56,635 nucleotides of DNA, filler included, from Dugesia japonica (GCA_001938525.1; 5 parts of 5 records of this genome joined end to end with filler, not necessarily neighbours in it), one strand, 5' to 3'; shown: positions 13,846 to 26,613, numbered from the whole stretch's first letter. The notes: generated by a model not told the origin, from the sequence alone. Program-made: numbers and translations.

Positions 13846-14877
13846 TATTACTATATTTAGTAATAATGAATATTGTCCTAATTTTTTCTTATGTGTATTA
13901 ACACACATACTTATAAAATTTAGTATAAATACTGATTGAAAATCATTAGTAAAAGAAAAGAGACATAAATTTTAGCTAAATTAGCAGTTCGGCTAATTAC
14001 TAGCAGTAAAGATTATTATTTGTTTCTCTTTAAAATTGTTGGATTTTGTCAGATAATAATACAGTGGTTCAACCACTAATATATTATCTGTGATTTGTTA
14101 TAAAATTAATTAAATACACATCTTGAAGTAACACATATGGTGAGGAAATTTAGGCCCACCATTCATAACTTATCAGGACGGTTTTGTAATACCGGTATTC
14201 ATCCTTCCATTAAAATTTATATAGGAGCAGTTTTGCACAATCCGTAAAATCAATCGTCTTGCTATTTATTGTAATTTTTATATATTTTGGTTTATATTTG
14301 ATTTATTGAAATAAAGTTTTATATAATATAACGTGTTCTCTTAGTTATTTATTGTTATTATCATATTCAATTATTATAATATAATACCTTACGCGCATAT
14401 AATTTTCTTATTAAAAAAATTTGGAGTCAGATTAAATAGTTAAATAATTAATTGTTATTTCTACCCACAAGATCTAACAATATGTTTAGCGAATTAATAA
14501 CCATATGCAACCCCAAACTGACCCAAACCATATAAAATCAATATACTAATTTTGGGGGAAGAGAAATCATCTTTCTTGCTAATAAGGGATTTCCCTTGTT
14601 ACCATTAATAGCTTTTGCCATAGTTGTTAATACCATCCTTATAAACATATACAACACACCAACAAATTTTCAGGACAATCTATAATAAAATATCATAATG
14701 ACTGCTCTTATTAACAATCTCGTCATCAACAAATCGATATGGTTATTAGCAAAACCCATCACGAGTAGGTGTGTGGATGCACTGAGTCATCCCCGCACAC
14801 TCATTTAATCACACCGGAATTTATCGTTTTATCTATTAAAACCACTTCTAACTAATTCTGCAAAAAAAAACAAAATA

Positions 14878-17260
14878 ATGAAGCCAATCATTTACGATGG
14901 AATGTATTTCAATGTAAAATGGAAATTAATAGTGATAATCTCCTTGCCGGAAATAGTAGTGGAATTGTTCATTCTAGAGGATTCTGGGGACCCCTTCAAA
15001 TATTCTCATCTAAAAGGATATTATGGTGATTGTCAATTTTCGCTAATTCATACGGGTACAGAACACGTTTCTTATCGTTGCATGTGAGTAGACTTTACCT
15101 GGCTTCCTTCGTCAACCACGTTTCGGTGAAATACCACCGTCAACTTCCAATCATCAAAATCACTATTATTATAAGAAATTATCCTGCTGGGTGGATCGTG
15201 AGAATATTTTTCTTTATTGTTAAGGAGTATATATGCATTTGTCGTTATAATTAATATATCCTTTATTTGTGTCAAACAAAATTTCTTTGTTGATCAATAT
15301 CATTAATATAATTAATTGAGATATTTGTAGGAATATTTAGATACTGTTATAATAATTTATTATGGTCATTATTATTTGTGGATAAAGATCTAATTGTCTA
15401 GTCATGGTTGCAATGATTTTCGTCTCATTAGGGGTTGAGAATAGAATACCTGTAATTATGAAAATAAATGGTTGAAGGCATTCTCGGAAAAAGTAAATTC
15501 ATCACTTCGACCAACCAGAGTAGGGTTCTAAAAATACTCCTCACTTTTACCAGTAGCAGGAAAACACTATTCAACCCGCTCGTGTTATGTGAATTTTTTA
15601 TTCACGATCCTGACTTTATAATGATATTAAACCCTGAATAAATGAGTTCCGAGATCATAAGATACTGTTATCCCAATTAATACATTTCTAGAAATGATGA
15701 CAGTTATATTATTTAATACCTGCATAAGGTAACCTGCATGCCATTTTGTTTTTATAAAATACTGATGACTAATTCTTTAGATAATGTCAGAGGAACTCAC
15801 CCTTACTCTGAGCTTAATTTGGAAAGAGAGGTGGTCGGTCCGATTGAGACAACTACTTGCTCATATCCTATCACGAGGGTATGTAGAATACCCCGACGAA
15901 ACCGACTTAGCCTGATTCGCCGAAATGTTTCCCCTAACCAATACGGTGAATTTAGATGTGGAAAACGAATCTCGCTAAACTTTCAGTTATATTTTTAATT
16001 ACGTAAAATAAAAAGTTGCTTGGATGGTTGTGTAGTTTTGATTGATGACATGGTTTATCTGTCTTATTTTTGGTAGTATATCAAATTAAACCCTATTTCT
16101 TTATTCAGTACCTGTAGGATGGAGTCTATTTGGGAAAGAACCATTGACAGAAGAACCCGTCGTATCATCTTTCGCCGGCATTCGAATCCGCATAGTCGTG
16201 ACGCCGGTATTATGTCCGATAGGTCGAACTTACATCCCGTCGAAGCCACGGTAGCTCGCATCCAGAGCTTCGGTGAGCGATTGAATTTTCGTCTGTGCAA
16301 TAGGCCAGAGCGTAACCACGCTACCTTTTTCATTACCAACCTCCAGCACACCAACCAGTAATGCAAGCCTCCGACCCGGAGGGTCGGAGGATGCCGAAAA
16401 CACCGTTCCTGCTACAGACACAACCCCTGACTCCTAATGTTTATTNNNNNNNNNNNNNNNNNNNNNNNNNNNNNNNNNNNNNNNNNNNNNNNNNNTTTAT
16501 TTTGCTGTCGTCTAAATTGATCAATAAATATGTGTTTTTACTTAGTCGTAGTCTGCTTCAACAAATCTTCAATGTACTAATTGAATTTCTTTTAGTGCCT
16601 CGCATCACTTTCCCTAATAGTATACACAGATGCCATCGCAAAATGCGCCGCCTCCTATTAGAACGTCACTTAAAGCTGAAAACCGACAGAGCACTCATCA
16701 AGCATTTTGACCAACGAGATCGCCTAATCAAAAAACTTGATCAGGTTGTGAATAAACAGAACAACCTAGCAGTGTAGACAAAAGCATTAGAGGAGGAAAA
16801 TAAATTGTTGCTGCAAAGGAAAATTGATTTCCTCAAGCAATATATATCCGATCTCTCCCGACAATTAGGAAACCCTACCTGGATTCAATGGGACGACAAC
16901 GAAGACGTCGCCGCCTTCAATTTCTTGGTAACCGACCCAGATCAGTGGTTAGATCCGGAGACACTGGATCTGATGTAATTATTTATATAAAATAAAATGT
17001 GTCTAGTTTAACTCTGTCTCACGTTTAATAAATTCGGAATAAGAGGGAAAATAATGAACCCAAATCCAAAGGCCTATGGGCGCGCTCCTCCCATTAAGCG
17101 AGAGGTCAACTACCATAAGCTGAATACCTAACCTAGGGGCGTTAGGATATATTCTTGAAAGAGTCCCCTGAGGGCTGTTTTGCCACAGCCACATTTTTTT
17201 TATCCTACTCAGGTAGAGCCCCAACATAAATATATATGCATATACAATTTTATTGAGCAT
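14878..17260. other. Cassette of short, GC-richer, decayed ORFs of unknown origin
   Basis: Blocks 15784-15978(+), 16119-16361(+), 16643-16978(+, coiled-coil-like, one internal stop) and 17003-17260(-), separated by AT-rich spacers; no domain recognised. Confidence 0.4.
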
Positions 17261-17399
17261 TAAAAGTTAATATACATAATTTATTCAAGTAAAAATTAAT
17301 AGTGCAAGCAAAAATAAAGAAATATGTTAATCCAATGAAGACTTTCGTCCGGTAATACAGTTTTGAATTGCTGGACTACTTTCCGAAAAATCTTGTGCC

Positions 17400-17760
17400 G
17401 TCAATTTTTTATTAAAAAATCTGTTATAGACAGTTGAAATTTTGATTTTTTTAAAGTTCTTTATACAACTCTTATTACCCAGCCAAACAAATCTTCATAT
17501 CTCGTTCGAATTTTAGGGCACATTCTATGTTTGGATAGATTTTTAAGAAATGATTCACCATACTTTTACCAAATGTTAGACCTTCACCAATTAAACTAGC
17601 AGTTAGTTGAAATATTTCAGGCTCCTCGTCATTATCGCTATTATGATTCTCATTATTACCACCATATTTTATTAATTCAATCAGATAATCCACTTCTAGA
17701 GGTTTATCTATCATCAATTCGTCGACGTCTTTAATTTGTATGTCCTCAAATCCTCAAACG
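17400..17760 (-). mobile_element. Tigger/pogo transposase C-terminal fragment
   Basis: VDYLIEL..GNNENHNSDNDEEPEI.QLTASLIGEGLTFGK.MVNHF is nearly identical to the copy at ~49492-49680. Confidence 0.85.
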
Positions 17761-19672
17761 TCGAACAATTTATCACAGAGAATNNNNNNNNNNNNNNNNN
17801 NNNATTTATCACAGAGAATCAAAGGAAAGGTTTTGTGAAATTTAGCACAGAAAGTCGAAAGTATTTATGTTGGATAGTCTTTGAGCATCGTTTTGGATAT
17901 CACATTATAGTGAAATAATAATTATAATAGAATTTTCGTCCCCGCCTATTTTTTCTGATGCTAAATTTAACTAGTTAATGAACTCTTGTGAAAACTCCGA
18001 AGTGGTTTGAACGGGAGAATATGGTAACATCTTATAGCGTTTGAGCTCTAGGAGTAATGGAAATAAACCTAATAGGTCACAGGCCGAAAAAACATAATTT
18101 AAATATATTTTTTTCCTATCTTATAAATAGTTTCGCTGTTTAACAAGTTCAATGGATTAGTTGATTTTATTAAAAATAAATTAAAGACTGAGCAAACAAA
18201 TATTGTGGATAAACCTTAACATCAATAAATTAAGACGCAATACCACAAAGTCTCGTTGAACCCGAGAAAGAGAGGGTCATGACACACATGTGTCATAAAC
18301 ACTTGCGGTTTCTAGGTATGCCCCCAGACTATCAAAACGAAAGTTAATGTAAAGGACAAGGGAGAAGGGGAAGAGTTGAAGCTACATGATAAAAGAATTG
18401 TTTTATTTTAAAGCCTAGAATACCAAAAAGTCCATAAATTTTCTATGATACAGTTAGTACTTACAACAATGAACCATTATTTTCTAATGTTGAAACTCAT
18501 ATTTTCAATAACGAAAACATATAATAATGTATAAGTTATAGTCAAAAGATTGATTTTACTGACTGATAATTTGGTATTTAAAAGAAAAATANNNNNNNNN
18601 NNNNNNNNNNNNNNNNNNNNNNNNNNNNNNNNNNNNNNNNNNNNNNNNNNNNNNNNNNNNNNNNNNNNNNNNNNNNNNNNNNNNNNNNNNNNNNNNNNNN
18701 NNNNNNNNNNNNNNNNNNNNNNNNNNNNNNNNNNNNNNNNNNNNNNNNNNNNNNNNNNNNNNNNNNNNNNNNNNNNNNNNNNNNNNNNNNNNNNNNNNNN
18801 NNNNNCATATTACGTAATCAACCAATAAAATAAACCATGTGTCATTATTGATATTCAAAACTTAATACATAAATATGAAAAAAATTAAGGGGAAATACAG
18901 TAAAATTGTGGTACACTAGGACAAAATTGAGGTACAATTCATCGAAATCCGGTAAATTTATGGTAAAAAATGGTCAAGAAGAGTGTCCAAGATAAATTGA
19001 CATCAACAATTTTTTTAAATATTAAATTTATTAACTCAAAATAAGTAGTTAATTTGTGAAGAGGGGTAAATATTTGTTGATATCATTTTAATAGGACGGT
19101 AACTAAAAGTGGTTGACAAATGGATAGGGGTGCTAAACAGTGCCTGAAAATTGTCGATATAATTATGGATATTCTTATGGATGTCACCTAAGGAGGAGAG
19201 GAGTCTTCATAATGGAGATACTGTGGAAGGAATGGTTCAGGTTCTTAGAACACCCTCAACACACTCTTCAATTATTACTATTTTGTGTGGGAAGGATTAA
19301 CATTTGTTGACATAATGTTATTAAAGGGGTCGCTGAAAGTTGACAATTGTTGAAACGGTTGAGTAGATAAGGATTAAATACTATCTGAAAATAAATGACC
19401 TAATGAATGGGCAACCACTAATATAATTTTCCAAAACGAAAAATTATCCAATAAAACTGAATAATCGAATTTGAATTGAGAAAAATGCAATTAATTTTTT
19501 AAATAATTAATTTAAATATTTTTGCCACTTTATAATAATAATTGAAGCTCAGAAAATAACAAATTTCAGAATATTTATTTTTTTATTATTTTTGCAACTT
19601 TGTACTAATTTATATCAGAAAAATACAAACTTCAGCATATATTTGCATTTGAATAGAAAACATCTAAATTAT

Positions 19673-20131
19673 TTATTGATTTATCTTTTCCTCGTTTGTT
19701 TTACTTTTTGCTGTCGACTGTAAGTCATGCTCATCTCTAAGAGACCTATTTAAATTATCGACAGTAGAGTTTTCTAACTCTTTCATTGTCATTTCTTTTG
19801 TATAAATATCACCAAATCCCCGAAAATGAATGACTTTGACTGGAGAATCCTCGCCTTTTGGACGAAATGATGTTTTAATAAGACTATGAGCCAACCTCGT
19901 TTCTGAATTTATAATTAGTTTTTATCCAGTTNAATTTATTGATTAAACATCATAAATAAACTCACGTAAATCTAAAGAATTTGATTCACTTTTCGAATCA
20001 GTATGCATTTTGTCTTTTGTATACCAATAAGCAGATATGAAAGTAATACCGCCCATACATAAATACAAAACCTTGTGGCGCTGTTTAAATTGATCAAATA
20101 ACAGAAATAGTTCCTTGATTTTATTGAACAT
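19673..20131 (-). CDS. Two-exon 131-aa protein of unknown function with one hydrophobic segment (exons 20131-19966, 19902-19673)
   Basis: A 63-bp GTGAGT..TTCAG intron joins ORFs 19943-20131 and 19673-19894 in phase; hydrophobic VLYLCMGGITFISAYWY. Confidence 0.7.
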
Positions 20132-20509
20132 TATACATTCAATGAAAACTAAAATAAAATGTAATTTTCTTAATTTTAAATTACTAGATTACATATTTAT
20201 ATATTAATTTTATAAACTTCAAATGAAAAATTTAAAACAAAGCAAATACAATTGCAAAATTTATAGATTCGTAAAAATAAACATTAACACAAAAACTTGA
20301 TTAATAATGAATATATATTAAATTATGATACAATTAAAAATCACCAATATTAATTAAATCTATAATAATAGTATTAAATATCTAAAAAAATTTAAAAATC
20401 AACAGCTTGCTAAAACAGCACCTCAGAGCCAATTTTCAAAATATTTTATATACTGTAAAGAAAGTGTAAAACAAAAGTTTTATTAATCAAAATAAAATAA
20501 AATATTATA

Positions 20510-20609
20510 NNNNNNNNNNNNNNNNNNNNNNNNNNNNNNNNNNNNNNNNNNNNTTAATTAATTAANNNNNNNNNNNNNNNNNNNNNNNNNNNNNNNNNNN
20601 NNNNNNNNN
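20510..20609. other. Artificial scaffold-joining spacer
   Basis: 44N + TTAATTAATTAA + 44N. Confidence 0.97.
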
Positions 20610-20610
20610 T

Positions 20611-21960
20611 AAATTGGATGTAAAAATAGCTGCATATTTTAACAATAAAATTGATTTTATTTATCATGAAATTTTGAGACAAGTAGACAGAATATATCAA
20701 GAAACAATGATGAGAAATTGTAAAATTAAACGAGAATTATTGAGGGCAAAAATGCAATGGTAGTCACAAATCCGGATCTGGTAGCACCACTCCTGTTCGA
20801 GGAAAGAGGAACATTTGGAAGAATAGTGGGAGAAACTNTAGTGAGTTTTCAATGTAAACCAGTAGCCGTTACGCTTACAGATCATGAGAAATGTACAAAT
20901 GAATTACCAGTAATATATAAGGGAGAAAAAGTGTTTCTGCTTCCCATAACAAGGATTTTAACAGATAAACATTATCAACCAAAAAGGATTGAAAAATTTA
21001 GTAACATTCTTGATCCTAAATACAAAATAAATGAAGAGGTATGCATAACAGTGTCGGATAGAAAGACAGCACCAACTCCACTAATGATGGAAATAATAGA
21101 GCTTGGTAGAACAACAGAATTAGAAAGGATTGATAATATAGAAAAGCGTGGTATTTATACGATTAACGATATTGAGAAGGCGCGAAAACATATGCTGTTC
21201 CCAATACAAAGAGAGAAAATAATATCGATTGTTAAGTAATAATAAGAGAGAGATAAGTAATGATATCAAAATATGTATTTCACAACAATGCTATGTGTAT
21301 ATATATATATATATATATATTGGGATCAGGCATAGTAATTACCCAATTGACCTTGTTAGTAATTATGTCATCAAACAGTCAAACATATCAGATTTTTCAG
21401 GCATANNNNNNNNNNNNNNNNNNNNNNNNNNNNNNNNNNNNNNNNNNNNNNNNNNCATACATGCAAACATACAATTACATAACATAAAATATTTAATTAT
21501 CATTATTATAATTAATCACATCTTACATCAATAATGGTCGATAAAGTAGCAAGAGGGAGTAATGGAGACGACTTGAATTTTGAATCACTATTGCACGCAG
21601 ATCATTTTAAAAGGGCAATGCGTAATTTCGTAGATAGAATTTTGGGGGGAATGCAATGATTTGGTAATATATTCTCATGTATCCTATTTGGATGGTATGT
21701 TTTAACATTTTTTAAATTAGCGGGTCATCAAATAATTTCTCTAAGACAATTACATTCAGTTTTTGGTTACACATGGAAATTAGGAGCATGTTTCTGCCCA
21801 TTTATTGCAAAACACATGATTGTGCAAAACCACAGTAAAAAAAATAAAAAACTTGGAAAAGCATCGAGGCGTATATACAATAAACATGGATGATGAGCAA
21901 GAGTTAAAAAAATTAAATAATGATAGATCATCAGAAACGGAATATAAACCATATAAATAA
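20611..21960 (+). pseudogene. Chuvirus/gB-type (class III) fusion glycoprotein, C-terminal half
   Basis: AYFNNKIDFIYHEILRQVDRIYQETMMRNCKIKRELL; GRIVGET.VSFQCKPVAV..HEKCTNELPVIYKGEKVFLLPITRIL; GIYTINDIEKARKHMLFP; after the insertion FGNIFSCILFGWYVLTFFKL..LHSVFGYTWKLGACF (membrane anchor). The motif order matches chuvirus-type G as I recall it. Confidence 0.8.
21230..21527. mobile_element. Nested solo-LTR-like insertion in the glycoprotein gene
   Basis: Begins TGTTAAG, ends CTTACA, flanked by TCGAT/TCAAT (5-bp TSD, one mismatch); removing it restores ...KIISIMVDKVARG in frame. Confidence 0.75.
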
Positions 21961-22027
21961 GAAAATATCGAATTAGAACAGAAAAATAGATGATTCAACA
22001 CAATATAAATATCAAAAGAATTACTCA

Positions 22028-22670
22028 ATGTCAGTCATAGATTCAGACAATAATAGACCCACAGCCGATATTATAATAAATGGAATTAGTATACCTTCGT
22101 TGATAGATACAGGAGCAGTATGCTCAATAATAAAAGAGTCATGGTTAAATAAAGCTCAAAGACAGAAAATAAAAAATTACAAACCAGAAGGTATAAAATC
22201 ATTTACAGGTCACATAATAAAAACAAAAGGCATAATTGAATGTACGGTCTCAATTGGACAAGAAATTGTTACACATCCATTTAGAGTAATGGAAGATGAA
22301 ACTCAGAATTGTATTTTAGGTATGGATTTTCTGGCAAGATTAAAAGGATACGTCATTGATTTGCAAGATAGCACACTAAAAATGGTAACATCATTACCAG
22401 TGNNNNNNNNNNNNNNNNNNNNNNNNGCAACAGAGTTAATAACAGTGGAACGCTGTAGTGAATGTATAATACCTGTACATACAGAAGTACAAAATAACAA
22501 ATCATAAATTTTTGAACCAAATGAGAAATTGATAGAGAAAGATAATTTATCAATAATGCCCGGATGTGTAGAACCAAGAAAAGGAATAATATCAATGAGA
22601 ATAGCCAACTGTAATAATTACGAGGTGATACTTAAAAAAACACAAAATTAGGAAAATTATTTGAAAATGG
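22028..22670 (+). pseudogene. Retroviral-type aspartic protease followed by a dUTPase-like spacer domain
   Basis: SLIDTGAVCSII and CILGMDFL; then IIPVHTE..LSIMPGCV..ISMRIANCNNYEVILKK.TKLGKL. Confidence 0.85.
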
Positions 22671-22957
22671 AAACGAATATGAAATATATGAAATTGTATT
22701 TGAAGAACAACAAAAGAAAGTGAACCTATAGAAGCACAATAAACAAACCCCGAATATAAAATCAACAAAAAAGGGTTGTCAACTAAATAAGCATGAACTA
22801 TTTGAGCTTATAATGAAAAAACAAGAGAAAATAGACAAAATAATTGACAAAGAACTAATAAAGCAGAAACAAACAAAATATTATGAGAAAGGAAAAATAA
22901 CAAATAAAGATCTCACAATAAATCAACGACAACAACTACAGAAATTATTAGACAAAT

Positions 22958-24265
22958 ATGAGGATGCATTCANNNAAACATGAATTTGATATGGGAGGAA
23001 CAAACATTATAAAACATATAATCGATACAGGTAATGCAAGACCAATAAAACAACGACCATATGTAGCACCATATGTGTTAAGACCGGGAATCAAAAGACA
23101 AGTAGCGGAACAAAAAGCGAATGGAATCATACGAGATAGTTTTTCTCAATGGGCATCGCCAATAGTAACAGTTAAAAAGAAAGACGATGAGATTGGAATG
23201 TGTATTGATTATAGAAAGCTTAATGAAGTCACACAAAAAGATACACACCCATTTCCAAAGATACATGAACAATTCAATAAGTTAATGAATGCAAAATACT
23301 TTGCAAGTTTAGATGCTAATAAAGGTTACAATGTAACCCCAGTACAAGAAGAGGATCGAGAGAAAACAGCATTCTGTACTGATGATGGGTTATATGAATT
23401 TATCAGATTACCGTTTGGGCTATGCAATGCACCAGCTACATTCCAGAGATTAATGAACACAGTATTAACAGGTGTTGAACATGTAGTTGTATACATGGAT
23501 GATATACTCATAGCATCTGAAACATTTGAACAACATTTGATTAATATAGAAAATGTATTGTCCAGAATTAGAAAAGAAAATATTAAATTAAAACCCACAA
23601 AGTGTAAATGGGCAGAGGAAAGTGTTTTATTTCTGGGACATATTGTATCATCAAGAGGATTAGAACCAAATCCAGAAAAGGTAAAAGCGGTCCAAGATTT
23701 TCCAGTGCCAAAGAGTGTACAAAAATTACAAGGATTTAATGAATTAGTGGGATATTATCTTAGATTCATACAAGATTTTGCAAAAATATCAGCACCATTG
23801 GTAGAATTAACCAAATGTATGAAAACAAAAGGGGAAAGTAAAAATGTCATGATTGTAGAACAACTAGATGAAAAATCAAAGAAGCCTCAGAAGAAATGGG
23901 TCCCAAAACAACAAGAAGCCTTTAATACATTAAAACAACGATTGCTAACAGCTCCAATATTAAGATATCCTGATTTTACGAAGCAATTCATAGTAATGAC
24001 GGATGCAAGTGGATATGCTATGGGAGCAGCGCTCGGTCAGGAAGACGAGAAAAATAAAGATTATGTAATTGCATATGCCAGTAGAATGTTAAAAGGAGCA
24101 GAGACAAGGTATTCAACAATTGAAAAAGAATGTTTAGCCATCATATTCGCGTTAAAACAATTTAGACCATTTATATATGGAACAGAAATAATGATTCGAA
24201 CAGATCATAAACCATTAGAGGGCCTATGGAAAAATAAAGATACATCCATTAGAATACTGAAGTAG
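22958..24265 (+). pseudogene. Gypsy reverse transcriptase + RNase H
   Basis: SQWASPIVTVKKKD, CIDYRKLN, LPFGLCNAPATFQRLM, YMDD, TDASGYAMGAAL, YSTIEKECLAI, TDHKPL. Confidence 0.97.
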
Positions 24266-24268
24266 GCA

Positions 24269-25652
24269 ATGAAAATCCAAGATATGAGCATACGTATTAT
24301 ATACAAGCCAGGTAGAGCAAATAAAAATGCCGATGCATTATCAAGAATTCCGGAAATAAATATATTAGAAATGATGTCAATTGTTATGACAGGGGCAAAC
24401 CCAAAAACGTTTCTGGAAGAGCAAAATAAAGATAAACGAATCCAAGAGATTAAAAGGATGATGCTTCAAGAAAAAATTACCAAATATAAAATGTATAAAA
24501 ATCTGCTTATGTACAATAATTTAGGGGAAAATCTGATGGTTGTACCAGATTCTCTAAAACAGTTATTATTATTACAATATCATGATGGAGCGCTCGGAGG
24601 TCACCTGTCTAGTAGAAAAACCACGTCAAGATTAATACAAAAATACTATTGGGATAATATAAAAGAGGATGTAAAGAAGTGGTGTAAAGCATGTAGTATC
24701 TGTGCTACAAGAAAAAATACAGGAACAAAAACCAAAGTTCCATTACAACCAATGCCAATACCCAGCTCACCAATGGAAACATGTGCAATGGACTTTTTGT
24801 GAAAATTACCAACAACTATTAAAGGTAATAAGCATATATTAGTATTCAATGATTATTTTACAAAGTGGGCAGAGGCATTTCCTACAAATAATGAAACGGT
24901 AGATACTGTAGCAAAGTTATTAGTTGAAAAGATAATATATAAATATGGAGCGCCAAGAAAGTTGCTATCAAATAGGGGAAAGAGTTTCCTCAATGAAGTC
25001 ATACGAGTAACAAATATGTTTGATATTAAGAAAATAAATACAACGGTTTATCACCCACAAACTGATGGGTTAGTTGAAAGATTTAACAGTACATTATGTA
25101 ATAGACTGGCAGTTTTCGTAAATAAACATCAAAATGATTGGAATCTATTTATTAAGCCAACATTGTTCATACATAATACAACTGAAAACGAAGCCACGGG
25201 ATATTCACCATTTTATCTTATGTACCTCAGACAAAATCATATGCTAATAGATATAACATTTTGAGCCAATTGTGTCACAATATATGGATAATCCAGATTA
25301 CATTACAAAAATGCAAGAAAGACTACAAGAGGTATACAAACAAGTAAAATTCAATCTAAAAGTAAAATTCAAACAGGAACAATACAAAGACTATTTTGAC
25401 AAAAAAGCTAAAGAACATAATTTTAAAGTAGGAGATAAAGTGAGGATAAAAACAACAGTTACACAAAAAGGGTTAACAAATAAACTAGCCAGANCTTATA
25501 AAGGTCCATATNAAGTAGTAAAAACAACTCCTACAAATTTACACGTAATAAAAAACAAAAAAGATGATCCCATGATTGTGGCAGTTAACCGATGCAAAGT
25601 AGCAGAAGCAGAAATTGAACCTGAAAAACAACACAAATTTAACCTTCGACCA
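24269..25652 (+). pseudogene. Gypsy integrase (H2C2, DDE core, GPY/F)
   Basis: HDGALGGH..CKACSIC; AMDF; DYFTKWAEAFP; SNRG (D changed to N); HPQTDGLVERFN; YKGPY; ends FNLRP; internal stops at 24800 and 25262. Confidence 0.95.
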
Positions 25653-25667
25653 GGATCACAAAATGAA

Positions 25668-26613
25668 TTACCACTTTTTGCACTAACTTTAGTGACATTA
25701 ATAACAGTAAGTGCAGCAAAACTAGAAAAAGAACAAAGTTTTGGTATTATAGAAAGAGTAATATATCCTAATAGTATCGTACTGAAGACATCGAATAATA
25801 TAACAATTGCTGCAACAATTAAAGAGCAAGTAATCGAATATGTCATAACAAATGAATACATCACGAGAAAGAGATATGTTTTTAAAGAAATATCAATAAA
25901 ATTTAGCAAGGGNNNNNNNNNNNNNNNNNNNNNNNNNNNNNNNNNNNNNNNNNNNNNNNNNNTAAAGAAATATCAATAAAATTTAGCAAGGGAAAAGGCC
26001 AGATAGAGATAAAAGGACTAGAAGCTGACACAACATGTAGAATTTGGATACAATATAGAATGAACGGAGTCAAATTATTGAGACAGTATATATTTACCAC
26101 GTTACCAACGAAACTGATTATACCGCAAAGACAGTTAATGAATCCTTCAAAGAAACAGGAAAAGTCGAGTACAACCAAATTACAAATAAAGACAAAATTT
26201 GTGACTATCCCTACAAGACAAGAGAAGTTAATTCCAACCAAAGAAAAAATAGAAACAATTATTCATCACAATACAAGAATATATAATAATTTTACAGTGA
26301 AAACGACAACGTGTGCGATAACAAACAAAAATCCAAGGAGAGATAGACAGACTCGGATTAATAGCATAAATTTAGATCATCAACAATTGCGACATAAAAT
26401 TCTACAGAGGTGGGTTACAACCACAATAAAACCATTTGACCTAAAATATTATATCATCCTTTTTCAATATTGGGAATAATTGCATAACTCATCCTCCTCG
26501 CTTTCATAATTACATTAACCCAAATACTTAAGCGATATAGGTGGAAGAGGCAGCGTTATCGGCGTCGCAATGCCCAACAAATTCCGAATTATGTCCGATG
26601 GACATTGGTCTGA
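25668..26613 (+). pseudogene. Type-I membrane protein in frame after integrase: signal peptide, Fn3-like domain, Thr/Lys-rich stalk, TM helix, basic tail
   Basis: LPLFALTLVTLITVSA; IEIKGLEADTTCRIWIQY..YIFTTLP; then, after a frameshift, FSILGIIA*LILLAFIITLTQILKRYRWKRQRYRRR; the duplicated ends of the gap at 25913-25962 collapse to an in-frame join. Confidence 0.65.

Noticed and set aside
18550-18858. ORFs made mostly of X (also near 30.3, 38.0, 48.1, 50.7, 52.0, 54.2 and 56.1 kb)
   Set aside because: Artefacts of translating through N gaps
21650-24975. G-to-A hypermutation signature (TGG to TGA/TAG; GAT to AAT in integrase)
   Set aside because: Only a few cases; cannot be told from neutral AT-biased decay without a consensus
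25884-25992. Direct repeat inside the membrane-protein ORF (similar case at 17768-17819)
   Set aside because: Identical sequence on both sides of an N gap indicates an unmerged contig overlap
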